Assembly: GCA_963732635.1 (NCBI GenBank)
Contig: CAVTAL010000012.1
Span: 8,308-72,307, forward strand
DNA length: 64,000 nt
Direction: 5' to 3'
Source of the DNA: an uncultured Alphaproteobacteria bacterium
GTDB lineage: Bacteria; Pseudomonadota; Alphaproteobacteria; Rhizobiales; Hyphomicrobiaceae
Below are positions 47,894 through 58,546 of this stretch, piece by piece; within the stretch, counting starts at the first letter, position 1, and each line of letters opens with the position of its first letter. A program made the position numbers and the translations under genes. Under the pieces are notes generated by a model, which did not search any database, was not told where the DNA came from, and saw nothing but the letters and a program-made list of their open reading frames with translations.

Positions 47894-49516
47894 ATGGCGA
47901 GCGCAGCGCACGCGGGCTACAATGAGAACGGGGCTCCAACGAGCTTTGTGAAGCGGTGGTTGTATTCGACCAACCACAAAGACATCGGCACGATGTATCT
48001 CATCTTCGCGATGCTGGCCGGCGTGGTCGGCAGCGCGTTGTCGGTTGGGATGCGCATGGAATTGCAAGAACCGGGCATGCAGTTCTTCGCCAACTCGCAC
48101 ACATTCAACGTGTTCGTAACGGCTCACGGCCTCATCATGGTGTTCTTCATGGTGATGCCGGCAATGATCGGCGGGTTCGGCAACTGGTTCGTGCCGCTGA
48201 TGATCGGTGCGCCTGACATGGCGTTCCCGCGCATGAACAACATCTCGTTCTGGCTGCTGCCGGTGGCGCTCGCCATGCTGGTGCTGTCGTTGTTCGTCGA
48301 AGGCCCGCCCGGCGCCAATGGTGCCGGTACAGGCTGGATCGTGCTGGCGCCGCTGTCGAGCAAGGCCGGGCATCCGGGCCCGGCGGTGGACTTCGGCATC
48401 CTCGCGCTGCATCTGGCCGGTGCCTCGTCGATCCTTGGTGCCATCAACTTCATCACGACAATCTTCAACATGCGCGCCCCGGGCATGACGCTCCACCGCA
48501 TGCCGCTGTTCGTGTGGTCGGTGCTGATCACCGCCTTCCTGCTGCTGCTGTCGTTGCCGGTGTTGGCCGGCGCCATCACCATGCTGCTGACCGATCGCAA
48601 CTTCGGCACTATGTTCTTCGATGCGAAGGGTGGCGGCGATCCGGTGCTGTACCAGCACTTGTTCTGGTTCTTCGGTCATCCGGAAGTCTACATTCTGATC
48701 CTGCCCGGCTTCGGCATGATCAGCCACATCATATCGACCTTCTCAAGGAAACCGGTGTTCGGTTACCTCGGCATGGCCTACGCCATGGTGGCGATCGGCG
48801 TCGTCGGTTTTATCGTGTGGGCGCACCACATGTATACCGCCGGCCTTAACGTCAACACCCAGGCCTACTTCGTGTTCGCGACCATGGTGATCGCGGTGCC
48901 GACCGGCGTGAAGATCTTCTCCTGGATCGCCACCATGTGGGGCGGTTCGATCACGTACAAGGTGCCGATGATCTGGGCGCTGGGCTTCGTGTTCCTGTTC
49001 ACCGTCGGCGGCGTTACCGGCGTGATGCTGGCCAATGCCGGCGTCGATCGTGCGCTGCATAATACTTACTACGTCGTCGCCCACTTCCACTACGTGCTGT
49101 CGCTTGGCGCCGTGTTCGCGATCTTCGCCGGCTGGTACTACTGGTTCCCGAAGATGAGCGGCTATATGTATTCTGAGTTCCTGGCCAAGCTGCACTTCTG
49201 GCTGACCTTCATCGGTGCCAACGTGCTGTTCTTCCCGCAGCACTTCCTTGGATTGGCGGGCATGCCGCGCCACTACGCCGATTACCCGGATGCGTTTGCC
49301 GGCTGGAACAAGGTGTCGTCGATCGGCGCCTACATTACGACGCTCGGCACAGTGGTCTTCTTCATCGGCTTGGCGCTGGCATTCATGCGCAAGCAGAAGG
49401 CGGTCGACAATCCGTGGGGCGAGGGTGCCACGACGCTGGAATGGACCTTGTCCTCACCACCGCCCTACCATTGCTTCGAGACGTTGCCGCGCTTCAAAGG
49501 TGGCGATCATCACTGA
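47894..49516 (+). CDS. ctaD: cytochrome c oxidase subunit I
   Basis: 540 aa with [17 protein letters not shown] and 12-TM heme-copper oxidase signatures. Confidence 0.97.
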   Translation: MASAAHAGYNENGAPTSFVKRWLYSTNHKDIGTMYLIFAMLAGVVGSALSVGMRMELQEPGMQFFANSHTFNVFVTAHGLIMVFFMVMPAMIGGFGNWFVPLMIGAPDMAFPRMNNISFWLLPVALAMLVLSLFVEGPPGANGAGTGWIVLAPLSSKAGHPGPAVDFGILALHLAGASSILGAINFITTIFNMRAPGMTLHRMPLFVWSVLITAFLLLLSLPVLAGAITMLLTDRNFGTMFFDAKGGGDPVLYQHLFWFFGHPEVYILILPGFGMISHIISTFSRKPVFGYLGMAYAMVAIGVVGFIVWAHHMYTAGLNVNTQAYFVFATMVIAVPTGVKIFSWIATMWGGSITYKVPMIWALGFVFLFTVGGVTGVMLANAGVDRALHNTYYVVAHFHYVLSLGAVFAIFAGWYYWFPKMSGYMYSEFLAKLHFWLTFIGANVLFFPQHFLGLAGMPRHYADYPDAFAGWNKVSSIGAYITTLGTVVFFIGLALAFMRKQKAVDNPWGEGATTLEWTLSSPPPYHCFETLPRFKGGDHH

Positions 49517-49632
49517 GACAAGTTAATCCGGGCCGGCCTGTCGGCCCGGATTTGGCGGCTGATCGGCGCTCCGGCGTCGCTACTCAATCGATCCGACTCA
49601 CGATCCGGCACAACTGACGTCATGGTGTTTAA

Positions 49633-50571
49633 TTGACCGACACGACCCAGATCACAGCTGAGACGTCGCCCTTGGACGACCTCGCCGGCGGCTCGGTCAG
49701 CGACTTCATTGCGCTATTGAAGCCGCGCGTGATGTCGCTCGTGGTGCTGACGGCGTTGGTCGGCATCGTCGCGGCGCCCGGCCACATCCATCCACTGCTA
49801 GGTGGGATTGCGCTTTTGGCCATCTCGGTTGGTGCCGGCGCCTCGGGTGCGCTCAATATGTGGTACGATGCCGACATCGACGCACGGATGGCGCGCACCG
49901 CGGCCCGCCCGATCCCGCGCGGACGAATAGCTGCCGGTGAGGCGCTGGTATTTGGTTCGGTGTTATCGTTCTTCTCGGTAATGACGCTCGGCCTGCTGGT
50001 AAATGTGTTTGCCGGCGCGTTTCTGGCCTTCACCATCGGCTTCTATATTTTCGTCTACACGATGTGGCTGAAGCGGCGCACGCCGCAGAACATCGTCATC
50101 GGCGGGGCCGCAGGCGCTTTCCCACCAATGATCGGCTGGGCGGCGGTAACTGGCGGCGTAAGCCTCGACAGTGTGCTGCTGTTCGCGATCATCTTCATGT
50201 GGACGCCGCCGCACTTCTGGGCGCTGGCGCTTTATCGCTGCCGTGACTACGAGCGCGTCGGCGTTCCGATGCTGCCGGTAGTGGCAGGAGGCGATGTCAC
50301 CCGGCGCCACATCATGGCCTATTCGGTTCTGCTCGCGCCGCTAGGCGTCATGCCCTACTTCACCGGGCTCGGCGGACTGGCGTACCTGACGATTTCGGCC
50401 ACCCTCGGGGCGGCGTTCGTCTGGTACGCGGTCCGGGTGTTCCAGGTGCGCGAGGGCCGCGAGGCGGATGCGGTGGCGCGCAAGCTGTTCGCCTTCTCGA
50501 TCCTCTATCTGTTCGCGCTGTTCATCGTGCTGCTGGCCGAGCACACCTTGCGCATCGTGCAGGGCGGGTGA
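49633..50571 (+). CDS. ctaB: protoheme IX farnesyltransferase (heme O synthase)
   Basis: 312-aa UbiA-family protein with [22 protein letters not shown]. It has a TTG start at 49633, so the start is uncertain. Confidence 0.92.
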   Translation: MTDTTQITAETSPLDDLAGGSVSDFIALLKPRVMSLVVLTALVGIVAAPGHIHPLLGGIALLAISVGAGASGALNMWYDADIDARMARTAARPIPRGRIAAGEALVFGSVLSFFSVMTLGLLVNVFAGAFLAFTIGFYIFVYTMWLKRRTPQNIVIGGAAGAFPPMIGWAAVTGGVSLDSVLLFAIIFMWTPPHFWALALYRCRDYERVGVPMLPVVAGGDVTRRHIMAYSVLLAPLGVMPYFTGLGGLAYLTISATLGAAFVWYAVRVFQVREGREADAVARKLFAFSILYLFALFIVLLAEHTLRIVQGG

Positions 50572-50574
50572 CCC

Positions 50575-50745
50575 GTGGAGAAAGCCTTGGAGCACAACGA
50601 AAGCGAGAAGCCGAGTGCCGCTTGGCTGCGACAGCGCCGCTTGCGCTCGATCGCGATCGCGGTTGCGCTGCTGACGCTGACGGCATTGTTCTACGCCGCG
50701 ACGATCGTGCGTCTCGGCGGCAATGTCCTCAACCGGGCGCTGTGA
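50575..50745 (+). CDS. small single-TM protein between ctaB and ctaG (56 aa)
   Basis: Not in the ORF track because it is under 60 aa. GTG at 50575 is translated by hand as VEKALEHNESEKPSAAWLRQRRLRSIAIAVALLTLTALFYAATIVRLGGNVLNRAL. From memory, a small membrane ORF at this position is common in alphaproteobacterial cta clusters. Confidence 0.45.
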   Translation: MEKALEHNESEKPSAAWLRQRRLRSIAIAVALLTLTALFYAATIVRLGGNVLNRAL

Positions 50746-50750
50746 CCACC

Positions 50751-51368
50751 ATGGGCGAGCACGAGAACGCGGCTGATCGGGAACTGGCGGGCGCCACCAT
50801 GGCACGGCGCCACCGCCGTGTCGGCGCCTGGGCCGCGACCGGCGCCGCCGCCATGCTGCTGCTCGCCTTCGCATCGGTGCCGTTGTACCGGATATTTTGC
50901 CAGACTACCGGCTACGGCGGCACGCCGAAGTCAGCGGTGCGCGGCGCTGACAGCATTCTTGATCGGCAGATCACGGTCCGGTTTGATGCCACCGTGGCGC
51001 CGGGCCTCGCCTGGTCGGTACAGCCGGTTGAAGCAACCAAGACCGTGCGCTTCGGCGAAACCACGGTCGCTCACTACCGTGCCACCAACATGTCGGATCG
51101 CGCGATCGTCGGCACGTCAAGTTTCAACGTGACGCCGGATCAGACCGGATCGTATTTCAACAAGCTGGCCTGCTTCTGCTTCACCGAGCAGCGGCTGGAG
51201 CCGGGCCAGACCGTCGACATGGCGGTGCAGTTCTTCGTCGATCCGGAAATGGTCAAGGACAAGGATACGAGCCATATCGGGCTGATCACGCTGTCCTATA
51301 CGTTCTTCGTCGTCGACAATCCAAAGCTGACAGCCGCTGGTTCGGTCGCGACCGGCCGGGGATCATGA
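50751..51368 (+). CDS. ctaG: cytochrome c oxidase assembly protein CtaG/Cox11
   Basis: ATG at 50751. A TM anchor is followed by PLYRIFCQTTGYGGT and the copper-binding CFCFTEQ motif. Confidence 0.92.
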   Translation: MGEHENAADRELAGATMARRHRRVGAWAATGAAAMLLLAFASVPLYRIFCQTTGYGGTPKSAVRGADSILDRQITVRFDATVAPGLAWSVQPVEATKTVRFGETTVAHYRATNMSDRAIVGTSSFNVTPDQTGSYFNKLACFCFTEQRLEPGQTVDMAVQFFVDPEMVKDKDTSHIGLITLSYTFFVVDNPKLTAAGSVATGRGS

Positions 51369-51451
51369 GCGCATACTGAATTCTAGGGGCATGAGGAACG
51401 GCGCGTTTGATTGCCGAGCCTCCAGAGACATCAAGGAAGACGGAGAAGACC

Positions 51452-52366
51452 ATGGCCGATCACAGCCACGCCAAGCACCATGACTACCATCTTGTCGATC
51501 CGAGCCCATGGCCGTTGCTGGCTTCGCTTGGTGCGTTCATCATGGCGATTGGCGCCATTGTGCTGATGCGATCGCAAGCTGGCGGCGAGGGACTGTTCGG
51601 CATCAAGGGGCCGACCATGTTCCTGGTCGGTTTCGCAGCCGTGTCGGCGGTGGCGTTCATGTGGTGGCGCGACGTCATCAAGGAAGCGCACAAGGGCGAC
51701 CACACGCCGGTCGTCGGCATTCACTTGCGCTATGGCATGATCATGTTCATCGCCTCGGAGGTGATGTTCTTCGTTGCCTGGTTCTGGGCCTATTTCGACG
51801 TATCGCTGTTCCCTGCCGGTGTCACGACGCTTGAGAATTCGACGCAGGTAATAGGCATGGTCGAGCGCAACGCTTTGACCGGGGGCGTCTGGCCTCCGAA
51901 GCCCGCCGAAGGCTTTAAGAGCACCTTCGATCCCTGGGGTTTGCCGCTGGTCAACACGCTGATCCTGCTGCTGTCCGGCACGACCGTCACCTGGGCCCAC
52001 CACGCGCTGCTCAAGAATGACCGCAAGGGATTAATCTGGGGACTGTTCCTCACCGTCATCCTTGGCGTACTTTTCACCACCTGCCAGGTATATGAGTACG
52101 GGCATGCCGCGTTCAGCTTCGCCGGCCACATCTACGGCTCGACGTTCTTCATGGCGACCGGCTTCCATGGTGCCCACGTCGTCATCGGCACCATCTTCCT
52201 GTTCGTGTGCCTGATGCGCGCGCTCAAAGGCCACTTCACGCCGCAGCAGCACTTCGGCTTCGAGGCCGCCGCCTGGTATTGGCATTTCGTGGACGTGGTC
52301 TGGCTGTTCCTGTTCGCCTGCATCTACGTGTTGGGCGCTGGCCACTACGCGCCGGTCGCGCATTAA
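51452..52366 (+). CDS. ctaE: cytochrome c oxidase subunit III
   Basis: ATG at 51452 gives [22 protein letters not shown], a typical subunit III N-terminus. It has 7 TM helices. Confidence 0.95.
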   Translation: MADHSHAKHHDYHLVDPSPWPLLASLGAFIMAIGAIVLMRSQAGGEGLFGIKGPTMFLVGFAAVSAVAFMWWRDVIKEAHKGDHTPVVGIHLRYGMIMFIASEVMFFVAWFWAYFDVSLFPAGVTTLENSTQVIGMVERNALTGGVWPPKPAEGFKSTFDPWGLPLVNTLILLLSGTTVTWAHHALLKNDRKGLIWGLFLTVILGVLFTTCQVYEYGHAAFSFAGHIYGSTFFMATGFHGAHVVIGTIFLFVCLMRALKGHFTPQQHFGFEAAAWYWHFVDVVWLFLFACIYVLGAGHYAPVAH

Positions 52367-52372
52367 TTGCTG

Positions 52373-52413
52373 GTCGCAACCGACTCCCCTCCGGGGAGCC
52401 GGCCGGTTGCGAC
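52373..52413 (+). terminator. nested GC-rich hairpin after ctaE
   Basis: Outer arms GTCGCAACCG (52373-82) and CGGTTGCGAC (52404-13). Inner arms CTCCCC (52384-89) and GGGGAG (52393-98). The downstream sequence is only weakly T-rich. Confidence 0.4.
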
Positions 52414-52488
52414 GGGCCATCTCGTTTGTTCAGACAAGCGGCCGGCTCGCATCATGCGGGCCGGCCGCATGGCATATCGGAGGGTGCG

Positions 52489-52863
52489 ATGAGCGATCCA
52501 GTGGTGTCACCGTTTGCCATCGGTCTCAAGTGCGGGTGCCCGCGTTGTGGAAAGGCACCGCTGTTCGCCAGTTGGTGGTCACTCAACCTCGGCAAGGGCT
52601 GCACCGCCTGCAAGCTTGACTACGCTTTCGTCGACAGCGGTGACGGCCCGGCGATTTTCGCCATTTTCCTGCTGGGCTTCATTGCCCTCGGGGGCGCCTT
52701 GATCATGCACCTGAGCTTTGGCGTACCGTTATGGCTGACCTACGTCTTCTGGGGCATCGCCACGCCGGTGATCGCGATCGTGCTGCTGCGGTTCCTGAAG
52801 GCGACGATGATCGCGCTTCAATTCCGCAACAAGGCCGAGGAGGGCCGCCGTGCTTCCGAATAA
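52489..52863 (+). CDS. DUF983 domain protein
   Basis: ATG at 52489 is preceded by GGAGGG. The Cys pairs CGCPRCGKAPLF...GCTACKLDY are followed by two TM helices. The position after the cta cluster is typical. Confidence 0.8.
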   Translation: MSDPVVSPFAIGLKCGCPRCGKAPLFASWWSLNLGKGCTACKLDYAFVDSGDGPAIFAIFLLGFIALGGALIMHLSFGVPLWLTYVFWGIATPVIAIVLLRFLKATMIALQFRNKAEEGRRASE

Positions 52864-53519
52864 CCCGGACGCATGGCAACAGGCACTTCGCCAAGGCACG
52901 CACCGATAATTTCGAGCCCACCGATGACCGCGCGCGGCATCGTTAGCCGGGAGCCGCCGACGTGTTGGCGCTCGTCGATCGACAACGGTAGGTGAATGAA
53001 GCCTGCCCGCTCGATGCCGTTCTGACGGCGCGCGACCTCCAGCGAATGATAGAGGGCGGCGTTGCAAAGATAGCGACCAGCATCGCGCGAGATCTCGACC
53101 GGCAGGCCGCGGTGCCGCAAGCGATGCGCGATCAGGCTTGCCGGTAGCTTCGCGGACAGCGTCGCGGGAGCTTCATGCACGAGACAGTTGCCGGCTTGCG
53201 GTGTCACGCCGCAGGCGTCGGCCACAGCGCTGTGCTCATTATAGCCGCGCGTCTCGATGACGAACCCCGACGCCTTGCGCGACACCCCGAAATGCAATGC
53301 CACGACCGGCGTCGTCGCGTGGAGTAATTCGATCAGCCGATGCGTGCCGCCATGCCATTCGGTCGACAGCATGTGCGCTTCGAACCGGTAGCCCGGAAAC
53401 GCCCGTCGCGCCGCCGGTGCCAACCGTTCCACCAGTTTCCACGACGCATTGACCGGCACGCTCGGAAACGGCCCGAAGCCGGTGAGCAGGATGGTCGGGC
53501 GGTGGTGGTTGGTTGACAT
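52818..53519 (-). CDS. pcp: pyroglutamyl-peptidase I (peptidase C15)
   Basis: ATG at 53519. ILLTGFGPF and the catalytic-Cys context GRYLCNAALY are present. The 3' end overlaps DUF983 by 46 nt. Confidence 0.85.
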   Translation of the reverse strand: MSTNHHRPTILLTGFGPFPSVPVNASWKLVERLAPAARRAFPGYRFEAHMLSTEWHGGTHRLIELLHATTPVVALHFGVSRKASGFVIETRGYNEHSAVADACGVTPQAGNCLVHEAPATLSAKLPASLIAHRLRHRGLPVEISRDAGRYLCNAALYHSLEVARRQNGIERAGFIHLPLSIDERQHVGGSRLTMPRAVIGGLEIIGACLGEVPVAMRPGYSEARRPSSALLRN

Positions 53520-53571
53520 GGGATCAAATTGTTGGCCTCGCATATCGGTTGGGTCAAGCCCCTTGCGCGGC

Positions 53572-54531
53572 CTATGGCAATTGCACGGTCGCGACTACCG
53601 GCAGATGATCGGAGCCCAGCCGTGGTCCGGTCGCGAACCAGACGGACTTGATTTGTGGTGACGTCATGACGTTGTCAATTAGGAAGGCAGGGATGTTCGG
53701 CCAGTTGTCCTGGGCCGGCCAGCTGCGCGCCCACGTGCCGTGACGGACGAGTCCTGTTCGATAGCCGAGGCGGAAGAGTTTCCACGACCAGGGCGTCAGG
53801 TTGAAGTCGCCGATCACGACGACGGGTTGCTTCAGTCCGGCGAGTTCGTTTTCGATCCATTGATACTGGACTGCCTGCTCGTTCGGTCGATAGGCATAAT
53901 AGGGCCGAAGCCCGACGATCCGTAGCCTGCCGGCGGAACCATCGGCAAACTCGATCCACGACCATGAGGGCACAAACGCGGTGCGCGTCTGTCCGCCTGA
54001 ATCCATAAATGGCTGCTTCGCTGCAATGACGATGTCATTGCAGCGGCAATCATGAATGTGAGGATACGCCAGTTCGAGCAAGGGCAAGAGCTTTGGCTTC
54101 GAACGCCATGTCATCTCTTGCAGCACGACGACGTCAGGGTTCTGGTCGAGGATCCAGCGCGCTGCCTCGGGAAGGCGCTCGTTCGCGCCGAATACATTGA
54201 AGGTCAGCAACTTCAGCTGGCGCTTGGCTGAAGTGCCTGTACTCGAATCGATTTTGGTGGAGGCCGCCATATTGCATGCGATGGCCATTATGCCGGCATT
54301 GAGACACGCCATCGCCATCAGCAATCGGGCCGCATGCCGCTTGCGCAATAGCCAAGTCAAGACTGTCGCAGCCAAGCAACCGGCCAGAGTTGCGGGGCGA
54401 AAATGGTTCGTGAGTTCCAGCGCTGGAACGACGGAGGCTAGCAGGCCAAGTCCGGACATCGCGGCGCCAACGACGACAATCGCGGCCATGAAGAAATCGG
54501 CAGCCGCAACGGTAGGCCGGCGCTCCACCAT
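53572..54531 (-). CDS. endonuclease/exonuclease/phosphatase (EEP) family protein with N-terminal TM segments
   Basis: VVVLQEM, GDFNLTPWS and GSDHLPVVA motifs. The ATG at 54531 overlaps the parE stop (TGATG). Confidence 0.8.
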   Translation of the reverse strand: MVERRPTVAAADFFMAAIVVVGAAMSGLGLLASVVPALELTNHFRPATLAGCLAATVLTWLLRKRHAARLLMAMACLNAGIMAIACNMAASTKIDSSTGTSAKRQLKLLTFNVFGANERLPEAARWILDQNPDVVVLQEMTWRSKPKLLPLLELAYPHIHDCRCNDIVIAAKQPFMDSGGQTRTAFVPSWSWIEFADGSAGRLRIVGLRPYYAYRPNEQAVQYQWIENELAGLKQPVVVIGDFNLTPWSWKLFRLGYRTGLVRHGTWARSWPAQDNWPNIPAFLIDNVMTSPQIKSVWFATGPRLGSDHLPVVATVQLP

Positions 54532-56543
54532 CAAATATCGAGATCCTTCGCGAAGGCAGCGCGCTCTTGGATGAACTTGAAGCGCAGTTCGGGCTTCGAA
54601 CCCATCAACGCGTTTACCGCATCGGCGACGTCGGCGCGATCGTCGTTGGCGAGTGCGACCTTCAACAATAAGCGCTTGGTCGGGTCCATGGTGGTCACCT
54701 TGAGGTCGCCAGCGTTCATTTCGCCGAGGCCCTTGAAGCGACCGATCTCGACTTTCTGATTGGGTTTGAACTCGCTCTTCGTCAGCCGTTCGCGAGCCGC
54801 CTCGTCACGGGCGTAGATCGTCTTCGATCCCTGCGTCAGGCGGAACAGCGGCGGCACCGCCAGATAGAGATGGCCGTTCTCGATCAACTCCGGCATCTCC
54901 TGGTAGAAGAACGTGATCAGCAGCGACGCGATGTGGGCGCCGTCGACATCGGCGTCGGTCATGATGATCACGCGCTCGTAGCGCAGATCCTCCTCACGGT
55001 ATTTTGGCCCGGTGCCGGCGCCGAGCGATTGGATCAGGTCGCCCAGCATCTGGTTCTGGCTGAGCTTGGCGCTGGTGGCATTGGCGACGTTGAGGATCTT
55101 GCCGCGCAACGGCAGAACGGCTTGGGTCTTGGGGTTGCGCGCCTGCTTGGCAGAGCCGCCGGCGCTGTCGCCTTCGACGATGAAGATTTCGGTGCCTTCC
55201 GCCGACTGGATCGAACAGTCGACCAGCTTGCCGGGAAGTCTGAGACGGCGGGTGGCGGTCTGGCGGCCGATCTCCTTCTCGCGCTTGCGCTTGAGGCGAT
55301 CCTCGGCCTGCTCGATCACCCATTCGAGCAGCCGGCTGGCCTGCTGCGGGCTCGCGGTCAGCCAATGATCGAAGGCGTCGCGCACGGTGGTCTCGACTAT
55401 GCGGGTGGCTTCCTGGGTGGCGAGCCGATCCTTGGTCTGGCCCTGGAACTCGGGCTCGCGGATAAACACCGACAGCATCGATGCGGCCGTGCCCATCACG
55501 TCCTCGGCGGTGATCTGCGCCGCTTTCTTGTTGTTGACGAGTTCGCCGTACGCCCGCAGGCCCTTCGACAGCGCCGCGCGCAAGCCGCTGTCGTGAGTGC
55601 CGCCGTCGGGTGTCGGCACGGTGTTGCAGTAGGAGCGCGAGAAGCCGTCCTCGCTGGCGGTCCAGGCGACGGCCCACTCGACGTTGCCGTGACCGGCTTG
55701 CTTGATGATGCGGCCCGCGAAAATATCCTTGGCGACAAGGGTTTGACCCTCGATTGTGATCGTCAAGTAGTCCTTGAGGCCACCGGGGAAGTGGAACACC
55801 GCTTCCGGCGGAGTATCGTCCTTGATCAGCTCCGGCGCGCAGAACCAGCGGATCTCGACGCCGCCGAACAGGTAGGCCTTCGAGCGCGCCATGGCGAGCA
55901 GCCGTGCCGGCTTGAAGGCGGCGCCCTTGCCGAAGATCTTTTCGTCGGGCAGGAACCGTACCTTGGTGCCGCGCCGGTTCATCGTCGAGCCGAGCTTTTG
56001 CAGTCGGCCCTGCGGCACGCCGCGCGCGAACACCATGCGATAGAGCTGCTGGCCGCGCGCGACCTCGACTTCGCAAATTTCCGACAGCGCGTTGACGACC
56101 GATATGCCGACGCCGTGCAGGCCGCCCGATGTCTGGTAGGCCTTGCCGTCGAACTTGCCGCCCGAGTGCAGCGTCGTCATGATGACTTCGAGCGCCGACT
56201 GGTTCTTGAACTTCGGATGCGGGTCGACCGGAATGCCACGGCCATTGTCCATCACTGACAGATAGCCGTCGGCCTCATAGCGCACCTCGATCCAGGTGGC
56301 GTGGCCGGCAACCGCTTCGTCCATCGAATTGTCGATGACTTCGGCGAACAAGTGATGCAGCGCTTTCTCGTCGGTGCCGCCAATGTACATGCCCGGGCGG
56401 CGGCGGACAGGCTCCAACCCCTCCAGCACCTCGATATCGGCTGCCGTGTAGGCGTCCGAAGCGTCGGCCGGTTTGCGTGCGCGCGCGGATTTGTCACTCA
56501 TGTCTGCGGCCGTATTCCCGAAGAGATCGCGTGAAGTTGTCAT
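54531..56543 (-). CDS. parE: DNA topoisomerase IV subunit B
   Basis: ATG at 56543 (MTTSRDLF). VLEGLEPVRRRPGMYIGGT, Toprim EGDSAGGSAKQ and PLRGKILNV are present. The length fits ParE rather than GyrB. Confidence 0.94.
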   Translation of the reverse strand: MTTSRDLFGNTAADMSDKSARARKPADASDAYTAADIEVLEGLEPVRRRPGMYIGGTDEKALHHLFAEVIDNSMDEAVAGHATWIEVRYEADGYLSVMDNGRGIPVDPHPKFKNQSALEVIMTTLHSGGKFDGKAYQTSGGLHGVGISVVNALSEICEVEVARGQQLYRMVFARGVPQGRLQKLGSTMNRRGTKVRFLPDEKIFGKGAAFKPARLLAMARSKAYLFGGVEIRWFCAPELIKDDTPPEAVFHFPGGLKDYLTITIEGQTLVAKDIFAGRIIKQAGHGNVEWAVAWTASEDGFSRSYCNTVPTPDGGTHDSGLRAALSKGLRAYGELVNNKKAAQITAEDVMGTAASMLSVFIREPEFQGQTKDRLATQEATRIVETTVRDAFDHWLTASPQQASRLLEWVIEQAEDRLKRKREKEIGRQTATRRLRLPGKLVDCSIQSAEGTEIFIVEGDSAGGSAKQARNPKTQAVLPLRGKILNVANATSAKLSQNQMLGDLIQSLGAGTGPKYREEDLRYERVIIMTDADVDGAHIASLLITFFYQEMPELIENGHLYLAVPPLFRLTQGSKTIYARDEAARERLTKSEFKPNQKVEIGRFKGLGEMNAGDLKVTTMDPTKRLLLKVALANDDRADVADAVNALMGSKPELRFKFIQERAAFAKDLDI

Positions 56544-56933
56544 GAAAGAGGTCCGAACTGGGGCGAGCCCGCGCTGCTGCGCGATGTCCCGCTGATTCTG
56601 CCTGCGTTCATCGATTGGAAGGGGGTCGCACGGACGCCTGTGGATTGGCAAGATGCACCACAGTGACAGGTGGTGTTTCGTTTTGAATGTGCAACTTGGG
56701 CCCGCTCGGATGCAAAGCACATGTTGGTCGGTGCTGCGTTAGCTCCGTTACAAGACGAGCTGTGTGCGGTGCCACTTTTGAGCTCGCAATTCAATCGTGA
56801 TTTGATAGGCTTAGCTTGAACGAGCTGCGAAAAGTGTTGTGTGTCCGTAAGCGATTGTCACGCCTGGAAGAACGGGTTGAACGTGCGGCACTCGTTCCAC
56901 GACCGAAGCATAAACAGCAGGGAGATACCGCCA

Positions 56934-57248
56934 ATGATCGACCATCACGCTGATCTCAAGAAATACGCGCCCGCCGCCGACGACAAGGCGGTCAAGGCAA
57001 TCATCAAGCACCTCGGTATTGCGTTGAAGGGCGACGACACGTCGATGGTCGCCTGCTCGTCGAAGGACGAACTGACCCGCGTGCGCGAAAGCTGGTGCAA
57101 GAAGAAGCTCGCCCTCACCGATGCCGACGCCGACCTCGACAAGGCGATCAAAGGCGTGTGCGACACCATGAAAGGCGACAAAAACAAAAGCCGCGTCGTG
57201 TTCTACTACCTGCTCGCCGAGAAGTACGGGAAGCTGGCGGGGTTGTGA
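56934..57248 (+). CDS. DUF2853 family protein
   Basis: ATG at 56934 is preceded by GGGAGA. MIDHHADLKKYAPAADDKAVKAIIKHLGIAL...RVVFYYLLAEKYGKL matches my recollection of the family. Confidence 0.8.
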   Translation: MIDHHADLKKYAPAADDKAVKAIIKHLGIALKGDDTSMVACSSKDELTRVRESWCKKKLALTDADADLDKAIKGVCDTMKGDKNKSRVVFYYLLAEKYGKLAGL

Positions 57249-57424
57249 GACGGGGGCATCGCAAAGCAGGCCGGGTGGCCGATATGCCACCTGGCGTCAC
57301 GTTCGCTGTTGAACAAATTGATTTTGCTGATCGCCTCGACTTGATGATCTTGCATAACGAATAGCCGAATGCTTGATTGGCGCATGATCTGTGCACCCGT
57401 TTTTTTCGTGTTCTAGGGACACGC

Positions 57425-58495
57425 ATGCGCCCGTATTTCGTTCTGTGGCTGTTCTTGGCCGCGATTCAAGTCGCTTGCACGTCGGCGGTCGCTCAGCGGC
57501 ATCGATTTGTCGAGACGCTGCAGCGTCTGGCCGTCAAGGTGCCTGAGGTCGCAATTGCCAACAACGGCGTCTACAACGCTCTCGACCAGCTGACACGGGA
57601 GCCCTGTGACCAGGAGGCGATCGTCGGTCTTGGTGCGGCATTGGAAAAGGCAGGATACCGGCGTGAAGCGGCCAATTCGCACGTCGGCTTTTCCAAGGCT
57701 TGCAACGGCCACCCGGTGTCGCTTCGGCGCGCGGTCAATATACTGCTGGGATTGTCGGACTACCCGGCTTCGATCCGTGTCGCCACAGAACTGATCGAAC
57801 TCGAGCCGCTGCTCGACAACGGCTATTTCCTGCGGGCAGTCGCGCATGAACGTGGCGGCGACGCCAAGAAGGCCATCGACGACTACATCACCGCGACGCA
57901 GCTCTTCCCGAACAAGGACGAGATAGCCAATGCCAGCTACTTCGCGATGGCACGATTGCACGACAAACTTGGCCAGCCCTGCGATGCCGTGAATGCCATT
58001 GCTTCATGGGTGGCGCTGCATCCTCGCAACGACAGCAGTCAGACGCGGACGGCAATCCAGAACTACTCGGCCAAAGGCAACTGCAAGGTGGTGAAGAACG
58101 AGGCCGAGGAGGTGATCACGATCTCGAAGCCGGGCAACGTCGTGCGGTTGACGGCCACCATCAATGGCGTGCGGGGTACATTCGTTCTCGATACCGGCGC
58201 CAGCTTTGTCAGCGTCAGGCGAAGCTTTGCCGAAAAGTCCAAGATTGAAATCGATGAAGACAGTAGCATCCAGTTGCACACCGCAAACGGCGTGACCGCA
58301 GGCAAGCGCGGCCGCGCCAAAGCGGTTCAGTTGAAGTCGCTCGATGCCAAGGACGTGGCTGTCGTTGTCCAATCTGATGACAAGGCCACCTACGGCAATG
58401 GCATAGATGGTCTGCTCGGAATGAGTTTCCTTTCTCGTTTCAATGTCACGATAGAGCGAAATTCGGTCAGGATTTCAAGCCGTGCGCCGCGTTGA
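57425..58495 (+). CDS. exported TPR-repeat + retropepsin-like (clan AA) aspartyl protease
   Basis: ATG at 57425 gives the signal peptide MRPYFVLWLFLAAIQVACTSAVA. The middle region is TPR-like. The C-terminal domain has FVLDTGASFVSV (DTGAS at 58190-58204) and GLLGMSFLSRF. Confidence 0.8.
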   Translation: MRPYFVLWLFLAAIQVACTSAVAQRHRFVETLQRLAVKVPEVAIANNGVYNALDQLTREPCDQEAIVGLGAALEKAGYRREAANSHVGFSKACNGHPVSLRRAVNILLGLSDYPASIRVATELIELEPLLDNGYFLRAVAHERGGDAKKAIDDYITATQLFPNKDEIANASYFAMARLHDKLGQPCDAVNAIASWVALHPRNDSSQTRTAIQNYSAKGNCKVVKNEAEEVITISKPGNVVRLTATINGVRGTFVLDTGASFVSVRRSFAEKSKIEIDEDSSIQLHTANGVTAGKRGRAKAVQLKSLDAKDVAVVVQSDDKATYGNGIDGLLGMSFLSRFNVTIERNSVRISSRAPR

Positions 58496-58546
58496 TCTTC
58501 GTGTGGCGACAACCTCAAGTTGGCATGTGATCAAAACGATCGAAAA

